Shown piece after piece: positions 12,901-26,170 of a stretch of 64,000 nucleotides of DNA. Source of the DNA: Raillietiella orientalis (taxonomy: Eukaryota); NCBI GenBank assembly GCA_036172245.1, contig JAYWIR010000017.1:1612001-1676000 (forward strand), read 5' to 3'. The notes under the pieces are model-generated. The model ran no database searches, had not been told where the DNA came from, and saw only the letters and a program-made list of their open reading frames with translations. Numbering within the stretch: position 1 is the first letter of the stretch; each line of letters starts with the position of its first letter. Made by a program: the position numbers and the translations under genes.

Positions 12901-15900
12901 GAAGAAATTCTAGAATATCCTCTATCAAGACATCCTGAGGAGTTAAATGCTATAAGGGAAATTCAGCCCAAGGCTGGCTGAAGGAACTCTTTTCCTTTGA
13001 ATTTCGATTGCCGGATGCAACTAGTTCTTGCGTTGCATTTCCAATCATCTCGGTAAACAAATGTAAAGGAAGCTATTAGGCTGCTAAATTTTACTTTTAC
13101 AGAAAGCAAAGTCAAAGAGAAGGAAGAAAAGTGACAAACTTGGAAAGCCAAACCAAACACCGCATTGCAACCGCGTGCGTCGATTCGTATGCTGCTATAT
13201 GCGTTTCATGCTTGAGAAAGTCTATTTCACCAGCTCGGAAAAACGATCATTCTACGGTAATTCAAGAATCCGAATGAAATCCGAATGAAAATTGAGCTGC
13301 CCGTTCTTTACTGCCCATATTTTAGCGAAAAAGAGTTCATTGCTTTCTTCTCCTCCTCTGATGAGTCGGAAATGCATTAATTAATGCACCGCACTGAGGG
13401 TAAAACTCGCCCTTAATAGATGCTTAAGGAGGTTTGCATGAATTATGGAAGCACTATTTTTCTTTTCCCTGAAACTCGTTTTGGATTTTCATGGAAGCCT
13501 CGAATACAAAAACAAACCTCTTGGAAGAAGAAAAGCACAATCCTGGAGTCGGATATGACGAATCTTAAAAAGTTTGGTTCTTAATGTGACTGCAAATTTT
13601 GCCACATACAAGCGGGCAGGTAATTGGGAACACCTATAATTGATGATCCTTTTTGCTTAATTGCATCATTTGCCTATGGAGTGTCAAGCAAGATGCATAC
13701 GTGCAGATTAGGAAAGCGCCTTCGTATGCTTGCGTTTTCCTTTCTGTTCTCACATCGTTTTTTGTTTTCGTCTTTTCCTGCGCTACATCGAAATCATCGC
13801 TATCATTGGCATCCTTCTTTGAACTCACAGTCATCGAATTCATTTCACCAGAAGTTTCTGTGTGCTGAACATTCCGAATACATTCTGAATCACCCTTCCC
13901 ACTCAACTTGCACCTCAATTGACGCTCGAAGACCTACATTGGCTGCGTTGGCTAGATAATATGATTCGAATACATCTTGATGCTCACAACACGGTCTGAT
14001 TGCAAATTTGAAGGGGGGGAAGAAATTCAAGAATATTCTCTGTCAAGCTACCCCGAAGAACCAATCCCCGTATTCATGGAAGCAGACTTCCCAGAAAATA
14101 GGAATACTTGAAGAAATGAAATCAATTGGAATGGAAAGGTTGCTGAAAACAAGTTCCTCGCTGAATGATATATTAATGTTATGATCTTGTTTAGAAAATC
14201 AGCTTCTCTCACGAATTACAGTTTCTTCAAAGGTCAAAATTGAAGTAATGATACCCAAGGATGATGCACCTACTGTAACTATTCGCTATCAAAAATACAT
14301 ATGAATACGAGCTGATTGCATGTATGGGAAATTCATCCACAGTATTATGAAAGTAATGTGAGGTTAGGAACAGGAGTGCTAGAAAAAAAAAACATGGAAG
14401 GATGCTGGCTTAACTAAGCGACTCGAAGAATCAAATTTCAGTTTGCAAGCAATCTTTTGAAATTTTCTATTTTTACTGCAAAACAAGAGACTTTTATGAA
14501 TCATCGTGTTTCATTCATCATGTTTGTCATGTAATTGCCTTTTCAAATTAAATAGTTGTTTCGGAACTTTTGATATACTCGTCTTCTGTTTCAGAGGAAA
14601 CAAAAAAATGTCTTTCTGACGAAACACTATATGTTCCAGCATTAATGTTCTTTCGTCCAATCAATGTCCTTCTCCAAACATGTCTTCCTTTCCGATCTTG
14701 TTCAACACCCAAGTGACCCTATAGGATTCGTGGAATCGGCATCGTTTTTGAATGGTCTTTGATCCCATTTTTAACGACTCAGTAACCTCAAGTAATGGAG
14801 ATGACTAATATTTTAAACCTCCAAGGGAAGTTGCCATGGTTTTCCTTTTCACAACAAAAGCCGTGCAATAAAATGTTGGGGAGTGTTCTTCAGAGTGCAC
14901 CGTTGCTACATCTGAAAGGTCGCTCAGAATGCGTTCACGATTCTCATTTGGAAATACTCGAAACTCTTTTCCATGAAGTTCTCTCAATCAGTGCTCAGTA
15001 GTCATTTACATCTGTTTGGGCATTAGGGAATACGAGAGAATAACACTCTTGACGGCAGCACATGTGTTCGATGCTCTCCAAGATAATTGCGTCACGTTAT
15101 TAAAAATTGCAAATAGCTTCTCCCATCCTCACCATCCTACTTCGAATCACTGATGTTTCTGCTAGGATCTTCTCTAAATATGGTCGTTAGATCCACGGAT
15201 GCACGGATGAGCGAATTTATCACTCATTAGCAAACGTATGATTGATATATGTGGTATGATTACAATGTACGTAGGACAATTGGATGTTTCGATTGGATTG
15301 CTTTCATGCACTTTTGTGCGTTCAATCCCTTAAATGAACTTTTCCTCTTGGTCGTAAAAATGACCAACTATACAGAATGGCTTATCAGATCAGCAACCCT
15401 ATTTATAGGTTGCCTCTCGCTTTGACTATTCAATATCATGAATAGTTGGTTATCACACTCAACATAACTGGTTCGCTGCTGTCCATGATTACATTTTTTT
15501 CGTGGGAGCGATGAGGATCAGAAATTCTAAAGAGTATGTTCATCCTTGAAGCATGCGCCTTCTGGATTACTGACTCCGTCCGAAAACAAATCCAATGCTT
15601 TTCTGCCTCCGAATTCTCATACCCAGGGAAGCCATTCTACCCCAGAATTTCTCAAGAACAGAAAGGCGAGGCTACGCTGGAAATCTGAAGTGAGGATGCA
15701 TCCTATTCTTCTTGTAGTTTTCAGCCTCCAAGAATTCCGCTTTCCTTTTGCGATTCTGTTTCATGCCTTGGAGCTCAAATTTGGGATTTAAGTTTCCTGG
15801 GTCTACTGTGAGGTGGATTCCATTGGTTTGATGCGTAAACAAATACAGAGAGATGCTCAAGAGTGCAGAAATCTGAATGCTGGGCTCCTAGGACAGCACT

Positions 15901-17229
15901 GACATTGCCATCAAGAGACGGAAATCGTAAACGGATGTGATTCGTCCTCGGAATTCGTTTCAGCTTCCGATCTGTTCAACACGGTGCATTCGGTAAAACA
16001 GGGAGCAAATTCGTGGTTTCGTTTTCTGCTACGTTTTCCCAGGCTGAATACGTTGGATGTGGCAAAGTTTCCTACTGCAAGTGCACATTCTCATTCTCGT
16101 TTTCTTCCTTGAACTAATCTTCCGAGCACTGGACACGATTTGCTAACGTTTCTCGAGTTACAACGAAAACGTGTACCTAACAGCCGACACAGCTCTGTGA
16201 TGACAAACGTCACGCAAGATGCAGGAAAAGATTCAGAGCCCAACGTATCTCAATGATTTCCTGAGATCTTTCGTCCGTTCGTGAGCTCCGTGCCATTCCG
16301 ACCCTGCTTGTTCTCATAACGTGGAGACACCCTCTTGTGATGCATCTTATCGTGAATGTCAGATGCACGTCCCTTCATGAAAAACACACTCACAAGAAAT
16401 GCACATGCACAAATGTTATTTGTTGCGAGTTCCATGGGAGTGCATCATCTGAGCAAGTAGCAGAGAGTGTTGTTTACATTCGCTCCAATAACCAAGATCT
16501 CCTCCGGTCTCTGTGCCAAACAAACTGCTTCCAGCTAGGGAAAGATGGATGTCTGCTTCTAATGATTCATTTGGGAAAGCATAATTTACCGTGGAGAAAC
16601 CGAGTTACCATCCTCATAAAGAATTTGTTCCATCTCGCAAGTAATCTGAGAACACGACTTGCTTATAAGGCGAAAGGAAAACATCGACAGTGTTCTGAGC
16701 GCAGGGCGTGTTCTTTGCTGAGCGATAGCACAAGCCGCAAAATGATATTGTACGTGGATTTTATACGTAGAGAAGTACATCCAGACAATCGCGGGTTTCC
16801 GATCCATAGAAATTGTAGCTCGTTCATCTATTTGCCGTTTTCTTTCTTTCCTTCTTTCGAGATTCACTGGGTTTTCACGAACAATGTTCTTTTCACTCCT
16901 TCTAACGTGAAGTAGGAGATGAACTTTTAAACAGTTGAAGGAGCTGGGGAAAGCAAAGAACTCATGAAGTATGAGTGTTTTCTTTATCTGCTCACCAAAC
17001 ACACATGAGCTGTCATAACTATAGCCAAATGCTGGTAAAGTTGAGTTATGCTCACATTGAGCTCCAGAGAGCTGAAGATTCTCTTACTCGGGAAAGTGCG
17101 AGCCGCAAAGGGCCTTTATATCGGGTAAAACTATAACGACGTCGTTAAGGGGAGTTCAAGTCTGGCTGCCAAAGTTTCAGACAAACCGTTTCTTAAAGAA
17201 TAGAATTGAAAGGGGGAGAAAAACATACT

Positions 17230-17960
17230 CGCTTTAGGCATATCTCGGCTGCTGAAAAAAATTAATCAAGCTTCGCGGTGTGTATTTTCGTCTTATTCCA
17301 AGAAGCTGTGAGCATGTGTGCAAACGCCAGAGCTGAAGAGCATTCCAGTGCGAAGAGCCGAGGCGCCCAAACGGAAATGTTGCGTCTTTCCGAGACGTTT
17401 TTCTTGCTTTGCGTTCGGTCACTTTTCGGTCTCTGAGAAAGGAGGAAGCTGCCTCCTTCGCTTCCCGCGCAGTTCCATGCTCCTTTCGGTGCCGCTACAG
17501 CGCTGTTTCCGGTGGGAGTGTGGGAACACCCGTAGTCCCTGGAAGGCTTCCTCGTTTACGTGTAGAGCAGTGCCGGGAAGAAGTCCCTGGAAGGCATTCT
17601 TGAAACGTCTGTGCCCACCTTCTCACAAAGCAGCAAGATCACAGCTGGCAATCTGCTGCAGGGATTGCTCTGGACGGGAAGCAGGAGTCGGATGAGTCGC
17701 AACTGGTCTGTCCTCTCCCGCTAGCTGTGCCCAGTGGGTTCGGTAGTTCTCCGGCGAGGACTTCATGTCCCGGGATGAATGCTTTCTCCTAGCAGAGGAT
17801 TCCTACACTGCGCCCCACGTTGAGCGACGATGGTCTTGCTGGCCAGGATGTTGCTGCGAATGCGGAGGAGGAAGTTGCAACCGTCGAGGCCTTGCGAATG
17901 GTTTCGAAAAGGGCATTCCGGGGTCTGTCTAGGCAGGGAAGATTTCTCTTCTTGCACATT
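17230..17960 (-). mobile_element. Degenerate 3' end of a restriction-like endonuclease (R2/NeSL-group) non-LTR element
   Basis: Minus-strand FLLRIRSNILASK...QCRNPL (pre-CCHC region), and downstream FGRLGS...LLGIRRKY resembling the RLE C-terminal G.LG.W...LGI...Y motif. Many frameshifts. Confidence 0.4.
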
Positions 17961-18504
17961 CAGGCATCTTTTTCGTGGTTGATGCGATCAAAAGTGCAAA
18001 TCACGCAGCATGTATACATATAGCTACAGCCATACTGTACATCCATTTCCGAATGGTGTTTAATGAAACAATTAGACATGCTGTGGCGGATTGCGTTGGG
18101 AATAAAGGGATCAGTGAGTGATGGAACAGGAAAACATCCGTTCCCTTGTACCCTCAGCGTTTCGTGGCTCGAGAATGCTTCGCGGATTCTTTTTTATGAG
18201 CACAGAATTCCTGAGCATCGCGCGAGGAACATGAGGAACTGGAGATGGGGGAACACGTGCAAGAATCATGCGAGAATGGGAAAAGTGGTCGTGGGGTGTG
18301 AAAGGTCGCGAAGAGGGTTTGGGAGGGTCGCCGAAGCTCCGGACTCTCTGGGCTCTGGCGTGATTTGACGCGCGCAGCTTCCAGGTATTCGGTTCCATAA
18401 CTTTCTCCAGAAAATAAATTTTCGGCCTTTTCTTTTTTTGGTTTTGTTTTCTGCCAGCTGCTAGCAGCAACTCCATCTGCTTTGAGCTGTTCCGTTAAAA
18501 GGTC

Positions 18505-18550
18505 TTTTTTCGTTTTTTCTCCTTCTTTTTCCTTTTTTCTCCTTCTTTTT

Positions 18551-18584
<34 letters not shown>

Positions 18585-18935
18585 ACAGGATGTCCGCTAC
18601 TCCTCCGACCGTCGTCGTCGCCGTCTTCGTCCCGAGAGGCAGTAAACGCAGCGGTGCGGTCTCGAATGAGAAACGATCTCGGCGTGGAGATGAGCATCTC
18701 CTGCTCATCCGCTTCCTCTTCCTCGCCGTGCTCGGGGGGACTCCTGCGGAAATCCTGCACGGAGGCACCTCGCTCCGACCTGCCTGCCTCTCCTCCTCCC
18801 CCTCGGCGCGTTGCGTAACCGTCAACCGTAATGATATCTGGAAAGTTATGCGCACGTCAAACTTGCTTCTTCTTCTTCTTCTTCTTCTTCTTCCTCTTCC
18901 TCCTCCTCTTCTTCTTCCTTTTTTTTTTTTTTTTC
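18505..18935. repeat. Polypyrimidine, poly(T) and (CTT)n simple repeats
   Basis: About 30-nt T run ending at 18583, (CTT)n at about 18866-18890, and a second T run at about 18919-18934. These explain the poly-F/K/E/L ORFs in the track. Confidence 0.9.
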
Positions 18936-21500
18936 CATCCTGCTTTCCTCTTCATCTTTCGAGGGGGAGGAGCCCGCTCCCCTCCGCAGCAGCCCAATGC
19001 AAGCAGAACGTGCGGCTTTCGGGAGTCCTGGAGACTTCGGCAAAGAGTTGGAGGAGTTCCAGCGAGCTGCCACAGCCGAAAGTCTGAGCGATCCTCCGGG
19101 AGCGACGCTGACGTTTGAAAAAGACGCTCCCGGAAAAAGACGCCTCCGACTCAGGAATGCGGCCCGCTAATTTATGGTCTTCCCGAACGCAAACATTATT
19201 TTTTTTTTTTTTCTCGAACGGCTGGAGTTTTCCCATTCCCTGCTGGGATATCCCGGTCCCGGCGGCCGTTACAGCACCTATTTGTCTCCAATTTGTCTGC
19301 TCCTGCGCGCCAGCTCGTATCCGGTGGGAGCTCGAGCTGACCAGGATTCCTTCGCTCCTCCTCGGGCGGGTGCCCCCTCCCTCAGACAAATGAAAACACG
19401 TGTGCCTCTGCGTCTCCTCGTCCCCACTGCATGCACCGATTAATCCATCGTGACAGCTTCCGACCTCAGGATATTCGCAGTCACATGTTGGACCAGTCGG
19501 AGGACAAGCCATAAACGTCGATCGGATGACAAACTCACGGTGCCCGGTTGACATTTCCCGGAGGAAAAGTCAACTCTCCGACGGCTAAAATGGTTCCAAA
19601 TGTTCCGCCGTTGCTCCAGCAACGCGGGTGGAGACGCACGCGCCGTTCTCTTCCCGCCGTCACGGCGGAGGCAGCAGAGGCCACGCGCTTCCCCCTGTAG
19701 ACGCCGCCGCCGCCGCGCGAGGTCCAGAACTGGCGTCTGCGAGCATCTACGGAGCCTACAGGAGCGCGAGACCGTGACGCCCTGCCCAGCATCCGACAGC
19801 ACAGAGCACGCATCCCCTCCCTCCCTCCTCCCGGAGGATGCCTCCGGCCGGCAGCACCCGAAGAGAGGACCTTCCCGAGGTCTCTTTCCCTGCGTCTCAT
19901 TTCCTCAAGTCGGAAGGAATGTCCTTCGGATGCTGGTGCCCGGGCCGCATCCTCTCGAGCTCAACGTCCGCTCTCGTCCATCCCGAGGGTTGTTCCTTTG
20001 GCTCCCTCTCTATTTCCCGTGCGGTTTCTTTCCGGCACTTAGAAGTGGATTCTGAAGAGTGCTCCCGAAATGTCTCGCGTGCTCCTCAGGGTAAATACGG
20101 AAATGCACGCCCCTTTCTCCCCCTCCTCCTCGCCTCTCCTTCTCCCCTTTGCCTGCTCACCGAGACGCCCGCGAGGAAAGAACGGGGAAGAAAGTAGGAG
20201 GAGGCAGCTTCTTCGCCGGACTCCACCCCGAACCCACTCCCGAACCTCGGATGGAACGCTCCCGGGATGGGAGCAGGGCGGTCCATCCAGAGCCCTCTTC
20301 GCTTTTGAGCGGGAAGGAGATGCGGCCGCCTCCAAGGACGGGAGCGACGAGAGGACGCTCCTCGAGAGAGTGCGCGCACGCGCGCTTTCCACTCCTAACA
20401 GGGGGAGTCCGACGCCCTCCACAAACCAGGGGACTACCGCGCTGGGGCGCCGCTGCCTAGCCGGCGCGCGCGGCGGGGCGAGTCCGAGGAGCCGTTGCCA
20501 GGAAACGCCGACGACGACGCCCGGACCCCTCCCCTCGGGTTACTCCGCTCACCAACTCTTCCAACCAACCTCCCACCAGCATCACTACCCTCCTCCTTCC
20601 CTCCTCCTTCTCCTTCTTGGAGCCCACTTCACCTCCGTCGCCTTTTGCGAACTTGCGTTCATCGCCCTCGGCCTCCTCGTCGCTCCCCCAGGCGCTCGGT
20701 CGGAGCACTCGGGGAACCGGGAAAAGATCTGGCGATGCTCATCCTGTCGCCTCGGACTGGATCCCTGCTAATGGCCTGGATGAGTCCAGCAAAGGAACAG
20801 AAGCGAAGGGATGAGGATACGAGGGTATTTGGGCTGGGGAACGGAGCGGGAACGTCGTGGGAAACCCGCGAGAGAGCATCCGTTGCTTGGAAACGGACGG
20901 AGGGCCTCCTCCTCCTCGCGCTTCACGCTTGGCTCCAGGGGAGGCATGAAGCTCATTGTCGGCCAGGAGAGGCAGCAACGGAACTCGAGAGGCTTCTCGA
21001 AGCCGTCCTCCCACGGGAAAGGGGAGGGGTGGATAAGAGCAGCTAGTCGGTGGAGCTTTAGCTTCACGGCGGCGGGTTGGAAGACTCGGGAAGAATCCTG
21101 GAAACGCGGACTCAGTTGGACGAGGAGCAGAGGAAGGGAAGCAGAGGCGCTTCTTTCCTTAGAGGGGAAGAGCTGGAGAGGGAGGTCTGGAGACAAGCCG
21201 GTTTGGTGTCAGCCTTCTCCTTCGCAGATAGGACAGATCGAGAGGTCGGACCGTGTGAGTCCGAAGTCCCGAGAATGCGGTGTGGTGCGGATGATCGTTT
21301 CTCAGGCGGGTCGCACAATCACCGGGGGGAGGGGGGGGGGGCAGGAAGGTATTGCAAAGGGTTTTGCGGAGTTTTCAGAGGTCGGCCGCTGCATCCTCGA
21401 CCCCCCTCTCCTTCTCCCCACTTCGAGGAAGTCGAGACTACCAGGGAGTCTGATGAATGGAGCACATCCGGAGGCGCTCCCTTCGGGCAGCGGACTCGTG
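18590..21500. promoter_or_regulatory. GC/CpG-rich island-like non-coding region
   Basis: Dense CG dinucleotides and GC runs (e.g. ccggcgcgcgcggcggggcg at 20461). Its overlapping ORFs have no recognisable domain. A regulatory or 5'-exon role is inference only. Confidence 0.3.
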
Positions 21501-22062
21501 ATCTGCAGTGCCCAGACAACAAACGGAACATTTGTGTGATGCGTTAGAAGCAGATGCAACGTCCGAAGAGCTGTTCCCCTTCCCCTCTCCTCCCCTTCTC
21601 CAGCTTTTCACGCTCATCATGTCTACCCCGTAATGCCTTTCGGGCATCGAGAGTAGCAAGATGTCTTCACCTAAGTCTTGTGTTGAGGACAAGCGGCATG
21701 CTCTGTGCGGAAGTCTGCACCACAAGACCGAGGCACGTCAAGTCCGGATCAAAGAGAACCACCGCTCTGCTTCGCCTACATTCTCACAGAGGGCAGCAGC
21801 TGGTTCCGAGCGCTCATTCTGATTGTGCATGCAGCGTTGCTCGCTCAGAAGCCGAATCGAGGACCCTCTTTTCACTAAGTGAGCCAAAACACACCTGACC
21901 AGAATCATGGAAGATGGAATCAGCGACGCTATCACTTATGACACGGAAGAATCATGCAAACTGGAGTCTTCCAAATTCCCCAGTGGGTTAGTCAGGAATT
22001 CGTTCCTTCTTGACTAACTTCTTGAGCACATCGCTCAGCAGAGTTCTTTTTTAACTCCTTAA

Positions 22063-22770
22063 CCCACTATGGCCCGAGTTTTTTTTACGGCTATAAAAAA
22101 ATTTATGCAAATCAGTGATGAATTAAGTAGTTTGAATGATTTCATTATAACGAATATGTTTCGTAACTTCGGGGTCACAACGGCGTACAACGTTCGCACT
22201 TGTGCGTATAAAAGTCCATCCATCTCGTGCACGACTCTTCGTATCCTCAACGGCAGATCCTTTCGTCTCTGATTGTCAAACATTCCAGATCTTGGTGATC
22301 CGTAAATTGATATAACAACCAAAGAATCGTTCTATTTCATTAGATGAAACATCTATGGGTTTTTCTGGATCGCGCTGCAGTGCATGTGTATTGGTATACT
22401 GGACTATACCGATGCATATGCACAATATAGTTGACTATACTATATTACTCATAATCTCGTCATCAAATAATTTTCGGAAGTCATAGGAGAGTAGGGTGCT
22501 TCAGGATCTTCTGGACAATTTCCTTTCCAACGAAGGTGAAGACTATTTTTCGGATGGTATACTCACTGCCAAGAGATTCTTTTCGTGATTTTAAATTATC
22601 ATCATCTGATGATGATTCCCTATGCAATTCACCGTCGTTATCCATAATATTTATATGTCGTCGGGTAAATATTATTGGCCGATCTCGGTCCGAGTCAGAT
22701 TCTAATAAAGAATCCTCGGTTCTATTACTGCTAGTGCTTCTTCTTATTCTTACTACTATTTTTTTTCATA
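22063..22770 (-). mobile_element. Internally deleted piggyBac-type DNA transposon remnant
   Basis: Terminus TTAA|CCCACTATGGCCCGAG at 22059-22078. The minus strand encodes an acidic N-terminus, then YDFRKLFDDEIMSNIV / VQYTNTHALQRDPEKPIDVSSNEIERFFGC / SIYGSPRSGMF (PGBD transposase N-part), joined directly to a Cys-rich tail (HKCERCTPL). The other TIR was not confidently found. Confidence 0.65.
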
Positions 22771-23549
22771 TGCTTTGGTATTCATATTCTAGCCTTCCAG
22801 TATATAAAACTGGAAAAAAAAAGGAAAACACAAGCGTCGTCGCAAATAGACAGAATCCGACCATTAGAGATCATTGTGACCTGAAAGTCACAAAGATGCA
22901 TCATGTGAAAATAACAACAAAATGATTGTTCAAATGCAAGCAAATAAGAGATTATTGATACACAGACCAAGAGCTATTAGGTAGGCTTTTTTTTGTTTAT
23001 AAAAACACCGATAGAACGAAAAATAATAGCAACTGCACATTTATAGACAACTCGCAAAAGCATTTATCTCGATATCTCGGGTTAGAGTTGATATCCATTA
23101 CCAAGGTTGTTGTTGGTTACCAAGGAGACGTTATAGAACAAGATGTATATGCCACTTTGGGGTAAAAAATTAAAGAAATCAATAAGATATCGACATATTA
23201 GTATGTGACTCAAAGTGGGCTCTTGAAGGTTAAGAATGAATATTCTTTTCAGTGCGAGACCACGGTTGTAGCATTCCATGAGATGCAGAAGCCACAGGTC
23301 AGGGATGCAGATCTCTCTCAGCTACGGTAGTACAGATTGCGTCCGTGGACACGAACCGGGCACCCAGCAGTTTTCCTTTGAGTCAAGAAGCTCTTGTCAT
23401 GACTTGTGTTGTCAGATGGTATCAGGCGTTCAGTGTCTCTCCCGAGCTTGCGCGCGATAACTGTTCGGGACTCGGATCGCGAAGGTAAATCCGTCCCTTA
23501 CAGACGAGGTCCTGGTTCTTCTGGAAACCAGTATGAGCTTCAGTGCTAC

Positions 23550-24250
23550 TTGCTGACCGACATTGTGTGTACCGTTCCGATGCGAGTACTGCTCCTACTA
23601 TCATCTTGCAAGAGCAAGACGGTAGGCTTCCAGGCACAGTTTGAAGTTTCAGTCCACGCATGAAGAACCTCATGCGAAAAAGGAGGAAGGCTGAGTGTGG
23701 CGTTCAAGAGAAGCATGGTTCTTTGGTAGTATGCGCGGTTCCTTTCCGTGGGCGGCTTTAGGACCGATCCATGATCTGTTTCATCTAGGCACAGTTCCCA
23801 CGAAATGATCATTATGGTGCTTTATGGGGTGTCTTGACGGTGAGGCATGTCAGCCACGTGTATTCTGAAGTTTCCTTGACAACTGAATCGTTACATTCTA
23901 GTTTTGGCAGCTGAGTCTCGTCCGTTGCACCTTTCTGCTTCCGGATTTCCTCCTGCTATTGACAGGCATTTACTTTCTCCATCTGCTATAAACCACAGAA
24001 GAGTAGGGTACATTACTATTTACTAGCCACAGAGGATGAATTCTTCACTTTGTGGAATTATTTGATAAGCATGCTGCACGCGGCATTGTGGAGTGCAACT
24101 CCTACAAAGGAGGCAGGCGTCCTGTGAAGCTCTTGTGGCTTCTCAGAGAGAAATATGTAAATGTCGAGAAGAAGCAAAGCGATTTCGTGGCACTTGATCT
24201 GTTGATCATCTTACCCATGGAACTGTCCTGGAACTTCTTCAATACCACTC
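23550..24250 (-). mobile_element. Degenerate LINE APE / post-APE remnant
   Basis: MIISWEL following an SDH-like position, then LLNATLSLPPFSHEVLHAW (cf. L1/Tx1 WKLN.SLL...F...V...W). Confidence 0.3.
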
Positions 24251-25703
24251 TTCAATGTCAAACTCTGAAGCATTGATGAAAGATTTCTTCAGAGGGAAAG
24301 CAAATCCTTCTGAAAATTAGGGTGTCCATGTTTCATCTAGTTGAGTTCCTCTGTCGTTTCGAGAAAGTATGATGACATCGGGAGGTCCATTAGAATCTTG
24401 TGTGAAAGATGTCTGGAAAAATACACTTCTTGATTTGCGGAGCTGAGTCTCATTGCATGTCTCTTAGTTCAGTGGCTCGCATCAGAAGCACTTTCAACAG
24501 CGTAAACACCATCAAAAATAACAACAGACATTAAAAATATCAAAGCGAATAGTCAGTATGGAGAAGATTTTTCAATCATCAGACATTGGAGCAGATCAGT
24601 TCACTATGTAGAGGAAAGGCAGCAGACACTGTGAGTAGCAAAAGAATTAGGTGCCATCTTTTATTCCAGATTATCATGTACTATGCAACATTCGCAATGA
24701 AAAGGATGTAAAGAATCACATTCTTTCTTCTTCATCTGTAAAATTCGCATGCTGTGAAAAAAAAAAAAAAAAAAAAAACGTAAAAAGCTGAAGTGACTGG
24801 TTCCGCCTCAGCGGAACTGAAAAAATTCAACATTTGACGTCTCCATTAAATATTACTGTCCGTGTGTGATGGAAAAATCGTTATACAGAGGCGGCGCGTT
24901 CTTACAGCTTGCACTTTATGTGCTGCGAAATGTCATCAGAAAACACGTAGGGAACGGTTTTTCTGGATAACTTTATTATTTCATTCCGAACCTTAACTGT
25001 AAACCCGAAAGGACATACGCGTTGTCCTTCGATGTGCATCGCGGTGAAAAGGTAACCATAGGGAGCACGTGCAGAATGAGCAAGAGGAAAAACAAAAAAT
25101 AAAAACTATGGAGAGAATCTCGGATTCTAATCTCCGAAGAAATCCACTTCGCCAGAATAGTGTCTCCCTTTTTCGTTTTTGTTCTTTGATTCAAAAGCCT
25201 CAGTTGCTGAGTTTGTGGCAAAGATGATTTGTTGATTTCGAACCGAAGGGAAAAGCATAATGATCGGAAGAACATGAGTGTCTGGTATCCTTCGGCTTGA
25301 AATGCAGTCCAGAGATGCGAAAACCAACGATAAATACGATAATAAAAGTGAGTGAGAATAATAGTAATAACAATAATAATGAACACAGATAAAAGAATAG
25401 CATTCTTAATGCCATGGAAAACCGATTTTCTGGTGCACATGGTCATTATTTTCTGTGAAGCTCCTTAGATGCGATGCGATGCCTTGGGATGCGATGATTG
25501 TAATACATTCGCACATATTACCATTTCGATTATTTTTATAAAATTTTGAAAGATACCGAGTCACGGGAATCCAGTACGAAACCATGCAGTAATAACGAAC
25601 ACTTCTGTTGCTCCTCCTTGTAAGCAGACCCTGATGGCCTCCGAAGAGATGGAAATGCCTCTACGTTCGTTTCAAGGATGGTATTAGACGGAAGATGGAA
25701 AAT

Positions 25704-26170
25704 CTACTCAACATTCGAAATTTGATTAAAAAGGAGCTCATCGTGATGAAACATCTGAAACAGAAACTCAGTCATCTGAGGACTCCCTCGGAGTCGCAAC
25801 CAGTAAGAAGGGATGCACAACACACAGAGAAGATGACTCCTTGTGAATGTCTCGTCGTAACTTTCAAATGGTTTTTGAAAATTCAAGAGCGAATTACTTT
25901 CTTGTTTTCGAATATAAGAAAGAAGTTCAATCCGATCCGAGATCACAGTTCTCGTAGCATTTTTCATCTGAGGATGGAAGCGAGATTCCATGTTTCGACA
26001 TGGTAAGTAAACTGCCTGTGCAGCGCGGTCCAGTTTCTTCATACAAGCTTGAAAAACAAGGAAGCTTTGTACCAATTGGGATCGACGTTAACTCTAGAAA
26101 CAACTTCAACAAACTGGGATCTTTGTGGCTATGAAATTCGAGAGGAACGGAATTTTCTCTTTTCATGTTC
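25704..26170 (-). mobile_element. Degenerate LINE RT remnant
   Basis: NSVPLEFH (cf. DG.P.EFY), RTVISDRI and LLNFQKPFES (cf. LDF.KAFDS), in order on the minus strand. Confidence 0.4.

Noticed and set aside
17123..17150. gtaaaactataacgacgtcgttaagg, resembling the LSU rRNA I-CeuI/R2 target region
   Set aside because: The similarity is short, with no flanking rRNA homology. It is explained by a 14-bp palindrome (17134-17147).
18154..21547. Many long overlapping ORFs on both strands
   Set aside because: These are by-products of high GC and simple repeats; no domain or convincing exon chain.
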